A DNA stretch of 64,000 nt from Parcubacteria group bacterium (GTDB lineage: Bacteria > Patescibacteriota > Minisyncoccia > Phycocordibacterales > Phycocordibacteraceae), in assembly GCA_028286605.1 (NCBI GenBank), contig JAQBRE010000003.1, positions 17,275-81,274 of the forward strand, in the 5' to 3' direction. Position numbers and translations under genes: made by a program. The number at the start of each line of letters is the position of its first letter. Position 1 is the stretch's first letter. The notes below the pieces were generated by a model. It ran no database searches. It had not been told where the DNA came from and worked only from the letters and a program-made list of their open reading frames with translations. This document shows positions 28,513 to 37,577 of this stretch, in pieces.

Positions 28513-28876
28513 GTGCGGTATCTGCTACGCGTCCGTAATCGTCTTCAAGCCGTTCGATATCATTCTCATCGAATTCACCGAGTGCGATTTCCAAAACAGT
28601 TATTCCTTCAGGACCACCAGTTAAACGATGAGTCGCGCCAATAGGAATTTCAACTTCGCTATCTATAGTCATCGGATACTCGACACCATCGACCTCAGCC
28701 ATGCCGCTTCCTTTGATAGTCTTCCAGAATTCGGAACGCTTCGAATGCTTCTGCAGTGAAAAGCGCTGGCCTGCAGCAACATTCAGGAATTTCAGTTCTG
28801 AAGGCTCGTTCTCGGTGAAACGGTCGAATGAGCCCCACGGACGATCTTCGTGGCAGCGATTGGAGAGAAGGGACAT
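28505..28876 (-). CDS. mannose-6-phosphate isomerase type II cupin domain
   Basis: RPWGSF, SLQKH..RSEFW, HRL, ENDIERLEDDYGR. Confidence 0.9.
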   Translation of the reverse strand: MSLLSNRCHEDRPWGSFDRFTENEPSELKFLNVAAGQRFSLQKHSKRSEFWKTIKGSGMAEVDGVEYPMTIDSEVEIPIGATHRLTGGPEGITVLEIALGEFDENDIERLEDDYGRVADTAHE

Positions 28877-28946
28877 ATACCTATAATACATTGCATGAAG
28901 CGTTTATGAGCAGTGGAAAACGTGCATAACAACATAAATCTGAGGT

Positions 28947-29441
28947 ATGGTTAGCGCCATGAGACTCGCAACCCTGGCAATCATCGTGCAGGACGGAAAA
29001 GTGCTGCTTGGCGAGAAGAAGAAAGGTGAAATCGGCACAGGAACCCTGAATGGACCCGGTGGCAAGCTTGATCCCGGAGAGACGCTAACAGAATGTCTTA
29101 TCCGCGAGGTTGATGAAGAGCTTGAAATAAAACTGGATGCAGATCAACTGAAGAAAGTTGCCATCATAACGTTCTTCGCCGGAGGTGAGCCTGACTTCGG
29201 TGTACATGTGTACCGTACTCAGTATTTCGAGGGCGAATTGAAAGAGACCGCAGACATGATACCGAACTGGTACGATATCCAGGATCTCCCATTCGATCGA
29301 ATGCTCGGCTCAGATCATATGTGGTTCAAACAAGCTGTGGATGGAGAATCCTTTTGCGCAAACGTGTATTACAAGGAGCGGGCAAGCGGGTTCGAACGTA
29401 TTGATTTCCTTCCGTTCGTAGATACCGAGGTTGTAGCGTAG
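28947..29441 (+). CDS. NUDIX hydrolase (8-oxo-dGTPase-like)
   Basis: VLLGEKK, NGPGGKLDPGETLTECLIREVDEE. Confidence 0.9.
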   Translation: MVSAMRLATLAIIVQDGKVLLGEKKKGEIGTGTLNGPGGKLDPGETLTECLIREVDEELEIKLDADQLKKVAIITFFAGGEPDFGVHVYRTQYFEGELKETADMIPNWYDIQDLPFDRMLGSDHMWFKQAVDGESFCANVYYKERASGFERIDFLPFVDTEVVA

Positions 29442-29470
29442 GGCCCGTCCGGAGGACGGGCCCTTACTAG

Positions 29471-29884
29471 TTACTCGTGATGCATCCCCGCAACCCTGAA
29501 ATTCACGTGCAAATTGAAGAGATAATTCACGATGCCGATTACTCCCGCTACCAGCACGCGTGCCAACAGGTAATAAAGGTGCGCGAAGCTAACTAACAAC
29601 GCAACGAGCCCGGTTGTCGCGAGCGCTCCCAGAAGCGCAACGATGATGAAGTACGCATAGCCATGATGAATCGGCCGCTTCGTTCCATAGAACACGAAAC
29701 GACGGCTTATGAAATAGTTTATTGAGACGGCAATAAGGAACGTCGCAGGCGTGGAAAAATAGTAGGGAATACCGAGAATGCTTGTAGCGATATATAGGAG
29801 GCACAGGTCAAATCCGAGCGTACTGGCTCCTACGAGAGCATAGCGAAGAAAACGGCGGAGCGAGGGCGAACGAGCTAAGTCCAT
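29471..29884 (-). CDS. GtrA family membrane protein
   Basis: RFLRYALVG, NYFISRRFVF, four TMs. Confidence 0.9.
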   Translation of the reverse strand: MDLARSPSLRRFLRYALVGASTLGFDLCLLYIATSILGIPYYFSTPATFLIAVSINYFISRRFVFYGTKRPIHHGYAYFIIVALLGALATTGLVALLVSFAHLYYLLARVLVAGVIGIVNYLFNLHVNFRVAGMHHE

Positions 29885-29946
29885 GGCCGTAGTCTAGCGC
29901 ATGGGGATAACGCTTGACTTTTCTAAAAGCGTCTGATATATTCAAA

Positions 29947-30063
29947 GGAAGTTGAGGTGAGTGATGTGCGGCTTATGTTCGACCTTCGAGTTGAACCCTT
30001 TTTACAACTAAGCCGCGCATCAGTCTTCTTAACTCCACTAAACGCGCCACAGGGCGCGTTTTT
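29947..30063 (+). ncRNA. promoter- and terminator-bounded structured small RNA with a possible 15-aa ORF (29964-30011)
   Basis: TTGACT-17-TATATT; 14-bp helix 29962-29975/30009-30022; outer helix; terminator 30040-30063. Confidence 0.6.
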
Positions 30064-30119
30064 GCGTATTTCAGGCCTCTTTTGTGCAGAAATACGCAAC
30101 GCGTTATACTGCCTAAATC

Positions 30120-31070
30120 ATGGCTCCTGACCCCACCGTTCCTGCTCTCGAAATCGTCAATCTAAAGAAGAAATACGCAGGAACGAAGAAGAATCCTGGT
30201 ACCGATGCCTTGAAAGGCGTCTCACTCACCGTTCCCCAAGGCGAATTCTTCGCCTTCCTCGGACCGAACGGAGCAGGAAAAACCTCACTCATTTCTATCG
30301 TTGCCGGCCTTGCCGTTAAGAGCAGCGGGGAAGTTCGCGTACACGGCATCTCTATAGACGAGCATGCGGACCATGCAAAGGCGTTCATTGGCCTCGTTCC
30401 GCAGGAAATGAATTTCAATATCTTCGAGAAAGTTATCAACATCGTGCTTGATCAGGCTGGGTACTACGGAATCTCACGTGCAGAAGCGATGCCGCAGGCT
30501 GAAAAGGTCCTCAAGGATCTTTCACTCTGGGAAAAGCGCAATGAGGCAGCGCAGGCACTTTCGGGCGGCATGAAGCGACGCCTGCTCATCGCTCGCGCCC
30601 TCGTGCACAAGCCGCGCGTGCTGCTTCTTGATGAACCGACCGCCGGCGTAGACGTTGAGCTGCGTCGCGGCATGTGGGATTTCCTTCGTGAACTCAACGA
30701 ATCAGGCACGACAATCATTCTCACGACGCACTATCTTGAAGAAGCAGAACAGCTCTGCCGTCGCGTAGCGATAATCAATCAGGGCGAAATCATTAAAGAG
30801 GGAACCGTAAAGGAATTGCTCACGAGCCTCAGTTCGGTAACGCTGCTCGTGGATACGAAGGAGCCAGTATTGCTCTCAAATATGGAACTGCTGCGCGGCT
30901 ATCCGATAACGAAGATCGATGAGACCACGCTTGAAGTGAAGCTGGAACATAATCAGCCGGCGAACGATATTTTCCGTAAGCTTTCCTCTATCGGCATCAA
31001 CATAATGAATGTTCGAAATTCAGGAAGCCGCCTTGAGGAAGTGTTCGTCAGCTTGGTAGAAAAGAAATAA
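30120..31070 (+). CDS. ABC-2 transporter ATP-binding protein (YadG-like)
   Basis: GPNGAGKT, LSGGMKRR, LDEPTAGVD. Confidence 0.94.
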   Translation: MAPDPTVPALEIVNLKKKYAGTKKNPGTDALKGVSLTVPQGEFFAFLGPNGAGKTSLISIVAGLAVKSSGEVRVHGISIDEHADHAKAFIGLVPQEMNFNIFEKVINIVLDQAGYYGISRAEAMPQAEKVLKDLSLWEKRNEAAQALSGGMKRRLLIARALVHKPRVLLLDEPTAGVDVELRRGMWDFLRELNESGTTIILTTHYLEEAEQLCRRVAIINQGEIIKEGTVKELLTSLSSVTLLVDTKEPVLLSNMELLRGYPITKIDETTLEVKLEHNQPANDIFRKLSSIGINIMNVRNSGSRLEEVFVSLVEKK

Positions 31071-31074
31071 TCTT

Positions 31075-31848
31075 ATGGACCGTCACCCAATCACAACCGG
31101 CTATTACACGATGGTGCGCAAGGAATTCATCCGCATCGTGCGTATCTGGGCGCAGACCCTTCTTCCGCCGATCATCACCACGGCGCTGTATTTCGCTATC
31201 TTCGGAACATTCATCGGTTCGCAGGTCGCGAAGATCCACGGCGTCTCGTATATAGAATTCATCGTGCCAGGCTTGGTTATGATGGCGATTATCACCAGTT
31301 CGTACACGAACACCGTCTCGACCTTCTATTTCGCGAAGTGGCAGCACACGATAGACGAACTCTTCGCATCGCCGATGCCGGACTGGGTGGTTATCGCCGG
31401 TTTCGTTACGGGCGGCGTGATGCGCGGCGTTCTTGTGGGCATCCTCGTCATCGGCGTCTCGCTTTTCTTCACGCATCTCCTTATTTACAACATGTTTGTG
31501 CTTATTGCAGCGGCAGTGCTTACATCTGTGCTGTTTTCTTGCGCAGGATTGGTTAATGCTATTTTCGCCAAGACGTTCGACGCGATCAACATCGTTACGA
31601 CGTTCGTGCTCACGCCGCTTACGTATCTCGGCGGCGTCTTCTATTCGATAAACCAGCTTCCGCCAATCTTCCGTACGCTTTCGCTCGCCAACCCCATTCT
31701 CTATATGGTGAATGCATTTCGCTACGGATTCCTTGGCATAAGCGACGTATCGCTCGGCCTGAGCTTCGGCGTCATAATCGGCCTGATCATAATCCTTCTT
31801 GTCGCATCGATACTGTTATTCAAGCGCGGTACCAAACTCAAGAACTAA
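31075..31848 (+). CDS. ABC-2 transporter permease (YadH-like)
   Basis: RIWAQTLLPP, FIVPGLVMM, LTYLGGVFYS, NPILYMVNAFRYG. Confidence 0.93.
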   Translation: MDRHPITTGYYTMVRKEFIRIVRIWAQTLLPPIITTALYFAIFGTFIGSQVAKIHGVSYIEFIVPGLVMMAIITSSYTNTVSTFYFAKWQHTIDELFASPMPDWVVIAGFVTGGVMRGVLVGILVIGVSLFFTHLLIYNMFVLIAAAVLTSVLFSCAGLVNAIFAKTFDAINIVTTFVLTPLTYLGGVFYSINQLPPIFRTLSLANPILYMVNAFRYGFLGISDVSLGLSFGVIIGLIIILLVASILLFKRGTKLKN

Positions 31849-31866
31849 GCGCGGTATACTGAGCGT

Positions 31867-32733
31867 ATGCTGACGTTCACACAAGCGATCATCCTAGGTC
31901 TTGTTCAGGGCTTCACGGAACTCTTTCCGATATCAAGCTTAGGTCATAGTGTGCTGCTTCCGATGCTGCTCGGATGGAAGCTCGATCAGAGCGCGCCATT
32001 CTTTGTGGTATTCCTCGTGGCGACGCATCTTGCAACCGCGCTCGTACTTATCGGATTCTATTTCCGCGACTGGATTCGCATCGCGCAGGGCTTCCTTCGC
32101 TCCCTTATCTATCGTCGTGTTCATGGCGACGTATATGCGAAGCTCGCGTGGCTGCTTATTGCCGCGACTATTCCTGCCGGGCTTCTTGGGTTCCTTTTTC
32201 AGAACAAGCTAAGTGCGCTCTTCGCTTCGCCGCATATCGTTGCCGTATTCCTGTTCGCGAACGGCCTTATGCTGCTCGTTATTGAACGTATGAAGAAGCG
32301 TCCTTCCACGTCACTGCAGACTGCAGGAGGGCTTGCGCTTGATACGAACATCTCGCGGCTCACCGGCTTCCAGGCATTGCGCGCCGGAACGATGCAGGCG
32401 CTTGCGCTGTTCCCGGGATTCTCGCGTACCGGCGCATCTATCGGCGGGGGATTGCTTTCAGGCCTTGATCACGCGAGCGCAGCTCGCTTCTCATTCCTTC
32501 TCGCGACACCGATCATTCTCGCTGCTGCGGTACTAAAACTTCCAGTCCTGTTTACCGCTACGCACAGCTACCCGACACAACAGATAGTTGCCGGCATGCT
32601 CGCTGCCGCATTCGCTGCGCTCGTTTCCGTACTCTTCCTTACGCGCTATTTCCGCACGCGCTCGCTTCTTCCATTCGCGTATTACTGCATGCTCGCTGGC
32701 GCGAGCTCGATCATATTCTTCTTGTTCTCTTAG
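31867..32733 (+). CDS. uppP: undecaprenyl-diphosphatase
   Basis: LGLVQGFTELFPISSLGH, PGFSRTG, AARFSFLL. Confidence 0.94.
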   Translation: MLTFTQAIILGLVQGFTELFPISSLGHSVLLPMLLGWKLDQSAPFFVVFLVATHLATALVLIGFYFRDWIRIAQGFLRSLIYRRVHGDVYAKLAWLLIAATIPAGLLGFLFQNKLSALFASPHIVAVFLFANGLMLLVIERMKKRPSTSLQTAGGLALDTNISRLTGFQALRAGTMQALALFPGFSRTGASIGGGLLSGLDHASAARFSFLLATPIILAAAVLKLPVLFTATHSYPTQQIVAGMLAAAFAALVSVLFLTRYFRTRSLLPFAYYCMLAGASSIIFFLFS

Positions 32734-32736
32734 TTC

Positions 32737-32754
32737 GGTTCCTGGTCTGCCAGC
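32737..32754 (+). repeat. cassette-boundary repeat copy E (internally deleted)
   Basis: GGTTCC-TGGT-CTGCCAGC keeps both ends of the motif. Confidence 0.5.
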
Positions 32755-32823
32755 TAACTTTATATAAAAGAAAACGCCCGCCTCAGAGAAGCTGGTGAGC
32801 GTTCTCCGAAGCGGACGTGTTTG

Positions 32824-33225
32824 TCAGGCCGGTTCTTGTAAGTGAACCGCGATGAGGCCCAGTTCATGATTGTCTTCGCCAGCATCTTCGAAGTCGAAGT
32901 CGCCGAGCACAGTGGCCATGACCTCTTGGATTCGAGCTGCGATTGTAGGGAACTGATTTTGATCCCCAAACACGACGATAAACGTAGGGCCCACCCAGAC
33001 ACGTTCAATACCTATCGTGTCATCGAGCCCTTTGTACAACTGAGGGATTTTCTCACCCTGTAGACGGAGATGCCTCAAGTAGCCGCGAAGGAACTTGCCG
33101 TCCCTGAATGAAGCAGTGACAACTTCCCAGACCATCGGAATTTTGTAGATAGGGTCAATGATCTGAAATACGAGGCGGATACCTCCTGTTCCTCGCGCCG
33201 TGCCGAATAGAACAAATGGCTTCAT
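32824..33225 (-). CDS. hypothetical protein (cassette ORFan)
   Basis: AGGAGG RBS, own terminator, bracketed by repeats E and F. Confidence 0.72.
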   Translation of the reverse strand: MKPFVLFGTARGTGGIRLVFQIIDPIYKIPMVWEVVTASFRDGKFLRGYLRHLRLQGEKIPQLYKGLDDTIGIERVWVGPTFIVVFGDQNQFPTIAARIQEVMATVLGDFDFEDAGEDNHELGLIAVHLQEPA

Positions 33226-33272
33226 GATTGAGTCCTCCTTTCTCTGGACAGAACCCTAACACAGTTGCATAA

Positions 33273-33303
33273 AGGTTCCAACATCGTCTCCCAGACTGCC
33301 AGC
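33273..33303 (+). repeat. cassette-boundary repeat copy F
   Basis: AGGTTCCAACATCGTCTCCCAGACTGCCAGC (2-nt insertion). Confidence 0.9.
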
Positions 33304-33322
33304 TGTTTGCTAGAATGAAGGT

Positions 33323-33856
33323 ATGAAAATCATTAGAATTATTCTGCTCATCCTGATTATTATCGGACTCGGCCTCCTTGCTACTCAAAGATATTGGGTA
33401 TCTCCTTTGGTGAACAAGATACTGTCGTATGAAAAAATGCCTGTTGTCGTATCACCTACGCCTGCGCCAACTCACCTACCTGCGCCAACCGGTACCGCAA
33501 CGGTTCCTGTATCGCACCCTCCCACACCTCCTGTAAATCAGGCCTCGAGCAGCGTGGCGATTACTGCAACAATTGGTCCGACATGTCCTGTCATGAAAGA
33601 TCCGCCAGACCCTGCATGTGCGGATAAGCCATATGAAACGACACTGGTACTTGCGAGTACCATAATCGGAAGGAATGGGGGAGTGCTGGTGAAAACGGAT
33701 GCGCAGGGTTATTTCTCTGAAAGCATCAGTCCAGGTATCTATACCATTCGCGCTCAATCAGATGCAGCGCTCCCGCGACTCACTCCTGTTACTTTTACCG
33801 TTGAGCCGAACAAGCAAACCAGCGTGCATCTTCAGTTCGATAGTGGCATACGGTAA
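33323..33856 (+). CDS. membrane-anchored protein with Pro/Thr linker and carboxypeptidase-regulatory-like domain
   Basis: TM, PT-rich linker, GPTCPV...C, TDAQGYF...PGIY, FDSGIR. Confidence 0.8.
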   Translation: MKIIRIILLILIIIGLGLLATQRYWVSPLVNKILSYEKMPVVVSPTPAPTHLPAPTGTATVPVSHPPTPPVNQASSSVAITATIGPTCPVMKDPPDPACADKPYETTLVLASTIIGRNGGVLVKTDAQGYFSESISPGIYTIRAQSDAALPRLTPVTFTVEPNKQTSVHLQFDSGIR

Positions 33857-34029
33857 ATGAAAAGGCCCCGGGAATTCCGCTTTGCGGAATTCCCGGGGCC
33901 GATCATGCGCTTTGGCGCTCTATCTCGATATTCATGACCGTTGGGTAGTTAGCAGCTACTATCAGGCAGACGTCATCAATCGTTTCGTTCCCGCGCAGTA
34001 TGCGCGTGTGTACATGAAGCCCAGATGAA

Positions 34030-35169
34030 TTAGCTTAGGTTGAGCGTTATTTCATGCACTTCGTCTGCATCAACGTCTGGAATGGGATGCGTTACTGCCT
34101 CTTCCGCCCGTGGAAAGGAAAGCTCGATAGTAGTGCCTTTACCCACTGCGCTGCGTACGGTTATGGTGCCGCGATGCAGACGAACGATTTCGTTCACGAT
34201 GGCAAGCCCGAGGCCTGACGTGCCTGAACCGACACCGCGCACACGAGAACTTTCAGCACGGTAGAACGGTTCGAATACGTGGTAGAGATCCTTCTGTGCA
34301 ATGCCGATGCCAGTATCAATGACAGAGAGAAGTACGCGGCCACGATAATCAATATCCAGTTTCACTACCACCGAGCCGTTCTTATTCTGCGGCGTGTAGT
34401 TGAGGGCATTCTTCACGAGATTCGTGATGACTTGATCCAGTGCCACGGCATTTCCCATGATTCGATATTCAGTACCAGGTGTCTGTGCCGAAAGCGTTAT
34501 ACCTCGAGTTTTCGCGAGTGTCTCATGCCGCCCGATGACCGTCCGTACTATAGGGACCAGATCCAGCGGTTCCGACTTCACCTTGCCCGGGTGAATAAGA
34601 TTGTCGAAGGAAAGCAGATTGTTGATCGTTTCCGATATGCGATCCAGCTCAACGATAGTTTCGTTAAGTGTGGTGCGCATTTCATCGTCTACCTCTGGAT
34701 CCATGAGCGCCACTTCCGTACTGGTCTTGATAATGGCGAGCGGCGTGCGTATCTCATGCGCGACATTCCCGATGAACCGTTTCTGGAATTGCAGGGAATT
34801 GCGCGTAGGGCGAAGCGCGAAGCGTGCTGCAAGGAAACCGAATATCGTTGTCAGGAAGAGTAGGCACCAGAAGACGTACCAAATTGTCTTCGACCGCACA
34901 TCCGCGATGCTTTCCGGCAGCGTCTGCATCTGGGTCGTGCTACCGTTCTGCACTGCCGTAATATGCTGACTAATCGAGCCGACCGTACGCGTTTGGGAAT
35001 ACTGGATGCCCCAGCCGAATATGGCGACCGTAAGGATCGTCAGGATTACCTGCAGCAGGATGATGTGTACCGTCGTCTGTACGTACGGATTGTGACGATA
35101 CTTATCCGTTAAGTCGGTAACCAATGCCTCGAATCGTTTCGAAGAGGGGGTCGGCATTTGCATAGTCAT
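34030..35169 (-). CDS. sensor histidine kinase
   Basis: AHEIRTPL, NLVKNA, DTGIGI, FEPFYR, GLGLAI. Confidence 0.94.
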   Translation of the reverse strand: MTMQMPTPSSKRFEALVTDLTDKYRHNPYVQTTVHIILLQVILTILTVAIFGWGIQYSQTRTVGSISQHITAVQNGSTTQMQTLPESIADVRSKTIWYVFWCLLFLTTIFGFLAARFALRPTRNSLQFQKRFIGNVAHEIRTPLAIIKTSTEVALMDPEVDDEMRTTLNETIVELDRISETINNLLSFDNLIHPGKVKSEPLDLVPIVRTVIGRHETLAKTRGITLSAQTPGTEYRIMGNAVALDQVITNLVKNALNYTPQNKNGSVVVKLDIDYRGRVLLSVIDTGIGIAQKDLYHVFEPFYRAESSRVRGVGSGTSGLGLAIVNEIVRLHRGTITVRSAVGKGTTIELSFPRAEEAVTHPIPDVDADEVHEITLNLS

Positions 35170-35779
35170 CAAGTTTTTTACGGAGGTTCTTCATATGCAC
35201 GTCGAGTACATTGCTGAATGCAGGGAAGTCGAAACTCCACACATGATCGAGAACCTGTTCACGCTTCAGTGCCTCATTCGGATGACGCATGAAGAATTCG
35301 AGCAGGGAGAACTCCTTCAATGTGAGAGAAATATCCTTGCCATCTTTCTTAACCGTATGCTTGCTTGGGTCGAGCTCTATGTCCCGCACCGTGAGCGTGG
35401 TCGGCAGCGTTTCTGATGGACGGCGTAGCACCGCATTCATGCGTGCGACGACTTCATCGAAGGAGAATGGTTTCGCGATGTAGTCGTCTGCACCAAGGTT
35501 AAGGAGGTCGATCTTGTATTCAGTCTCGTCCCGCGCCGTGAGGATGATGATCGGCGTTGTAACGCCTTCTGCGCGCACATCTCTGCAGATAGTCGCACCA
35601 TCGATACCCGGAAGCATGAGGTCGAGCAGGATCAGATCGTACTCGTCGCGATAGAGCATGATGCGCGTGCGAGCCTTCTCACTATCAGAAAGCCAGTCCA
35701 CGGTGAACCCTTTCAGTTCCAGACCTTTCTTAAGTGCCTCGGCTAGCTTCGCTTCGTCTTCAACAATAAGGATTCGCAT
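35102..35779 (-). CDS. OmpR-family response regulator
   Basis: MRILIVEDE, LDLMLP, GADDYIAKPF, ETIRGIGY. Confidence 0.95.
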   Translation of the reverse strand: MRILIVEDEAKLAEALKKGLELKGFTVDWLSDSEKARTRIMLYRDEYDLILLDLMLPGIDGATICRDVRAEGVTTPIIILTARDETEYKIDLLNLGADDYIAKPFSFDEVVARMNAVLRRPSETLPTTLTVRDIELDPSKHTVKKDGKDISLTLKEFSLLEFFMRHPNEALKREQVLDHVWSFDFPAFSNVLDVHMKNLRKKLDDYANADPLFETIRGIGYRLNG

Positions 35780-35895
35780 ACGTTCGGGGTTAGTGAATAC
35801 TGGATAACATTCACGAAGTATCCACATTAACGCATGAAGGCTTCATGAAGGATACTTCATGAAAGGTACGCCTTACGAATTCTTACGTCAAAACC

Positions 35896-36108
35896 TTAGT
35901 CTGCGGATCGAATGAACTTTTCCATCCATAGTGCCTCTACACGTTCTTCTACTCTTATGAACCGTTCGTATAGGCTCTCTACTTTACGCTCTAGCATATC
36001 TAATCTTTCAGCGACGGTATCCAAGATTTGCAGCTTTCTTCCGAAGTAGACAACTGCTGCAAATATTGCAGGAATACCGATATAAAGAATGAGATTCAAG
36101 GCTGTCAT
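35896..36108 (-). CDS. small single-TM coiled-coil protein
   Basis: Paralog of 11489-11758 (ERFI.VE.RV..LW.EKF). Confidence 0.75.
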   Translation of the reverse strand: MTALNLILYIGIPAIFAAVVYFGRKLQILDTVAERLDMLERKVESLYERFIRVEERVEALWMEKFIRSAD

Positions 36109-36126
36109 AGAAGGAATTATACAACC

Positions 36127-36642
36127 TTACCGCGTAAGGCAGAATTCGCTTGATTCAGTAATGGCTGATTCAGCTGCGCCAGGTGCACAGACGGTGATGC
36201 GACCTGTCGAAGCGCTCTCTGTGATGGTGTATTTCGACGTGTATTCTTCGTCGCTTGAAGCACAGGCAGCTGAAGTACAGGTATTCGTTCCGTCTTTCGG
36301 GTCAGTGGGCATTTCTGAAATGAAGTTTGGAACGAGACATGGTCGCAAGTCGTACGCATTTCCACCTCCATTACCTATAAATTCAGTTTCATTCGGCAAT
36401 GGGTTTAGACAGGTACCGACCTGATTATTAAAGATGCCTTTATTCTCTGCAAGGCGTTCTCCAATAGCGTTCAGGATCGCATTCACATCGCTTTCTCGTT
36501 GCGCATTGCGCGCCTCGGCAAATTGACGCAAAGGATTGATAGCAAGAAGCACGATGCTTGCCAGTACGGCAATCATGCCGATGACGACCAATATTTCGAT
36601 GAGGGTGAATCCTTGAGCAGGAATTTTTCTTCGCGTGTGCAT
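36127..36642 (-). CDS. type IV pilin/pseudopilin (major-like)
   Basis: GFTLIEILVVIGMIAVLA prepilin motif; PTDP. Confidence 0.92.
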   Translation of the reverse strand: MHTRRKIPAQGFTLIEILVVIGMIAVLASIVLLAINPLRQFAEARNAQRESDVNAILNAIGERLAENKGIFNNQVGTCLNPLPNETEFIGNGGGNAYDLRPCLVPNFISEMPTDPKDGTNTCTSAACASSDEEYTSKYTITESASTGRITVCAPGAAESAITESSEFCLTR

Positions 36643-36740
36643 AGGTATACGTGTTATGGGTATACCTTTAGTTTGAAAGAATACGTATCCGTTTCATATG
36701 AATATACGGGTACTAACCGCTTTGCCGCTCGAGGTTTTCT

Positions 36741-37163
36741 TTATATTGCGTTCACTTCCTTCCAAGATGTGATTGTGGGAACCCCAAAAACACCCGGCAT
36801 GTTTATGTGGCCCTCAATGCGCACCGAAGCAGTACGTGCAGAGGCGGTTGTGATGACCGTCGCGTCTAAGGCTATTATTGTGATACTTACGATATGACAA
36901 ACATGCGTGGGGTCTGTAAACACATCGATACCTGTGCTTGGTATGTGATAGGTGGTTGGATCAATAGTGAGTGAATATGCAGTGGCATACAAGCAGGACA
37001 GAGCTTGATACCGTGCCTGCAGGTGTGCTCCGTAATCTGATGTATCAAAGCGAGCAAGCAGTGCCGTCGTTCCGGCATTTAGCGTATATAAGGCAAGAAG
37101 AAACGCTATGATGAGTGCCGATGCAAGGGCGATATATCCGTTCTTTCTTTGGAGCGCTCTCAT
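36741..37163 (-). CDS. PilX/GspK-like minor pilin
   Basis: KNGYIAL... prepilin lacking E5; C-terminal SWKE. Confidence 0.7.
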   Translation of the reverse strand: MRALQRKNGYIALASALIIAFLLALYTLNAGTTALLARFDTSDYGAHLQARYQALSCLYATAYSLTIDPTTYHIPSTGIDVFTDPTHVCHIVSITIIALDATVITTASARTASVRIEGHINMPGVFGVPTITSWKEVNAI

Positions 37164-37576
37164 GGTAAATCTATATACGTACGTCCAGTAAAGGTGCGCA
37201 TGAGCACCTTTCCGTCATCCGTGTGCGCAGTCAGAGTGAAGGAACTGTCGACGAACGCCGGTTCTCCCCCAGTCTTGCTCGTCTGTATGAATTTCAAATC
37301 ATGCACCTGCACCTGGTTTCCGCTAACTGCTTGTCCTGTTGGAAATCCTTGCAGAAGCGTTGAGCTAGACAGATGGAAAGAAGAAGCGGCTCCGCCGCTT
37401 CCGATTGTGTAGTCGATCGTCTCGAGAAGGAACGTGCCTTCTTCTAAGAGAAGTGACTGCGTTTCAGTGCGCGCCGCAGCGGCGCGCATGCCCCCAAGAG
37501 CAGGAAGTACACCACTCATAAGTAATCCGAAGAGGCCCAGATATACTATCGTTTCGATAAGAGTGAAAGCACGCAT
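37160..37576 (-). CDS. minor pilin
   Basis: RAFTLIETIVY prepilin motif. Confidence 0.85.
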   Translation of the reverse strand: MRAFTLIETIVYLGLFGLLMSGVLPALGGMRAAAARTETQSLLLEEGTFLLETIDYTIGSGGAASSFHLSSSTLLQGFPTGQAVSGNQVQVHDLKFIQTSKTGGEPAFVDSSFTLTAHTDDGKVLMRTFTGRTYIDLP

Positions 37577-37577
37577 A

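Noticed and set aside
33864-33900. Perfect 17-bp hairpin as a mobile element end
   Set aside because: Single copy between convergent units; explained as a bidirectional terminator.
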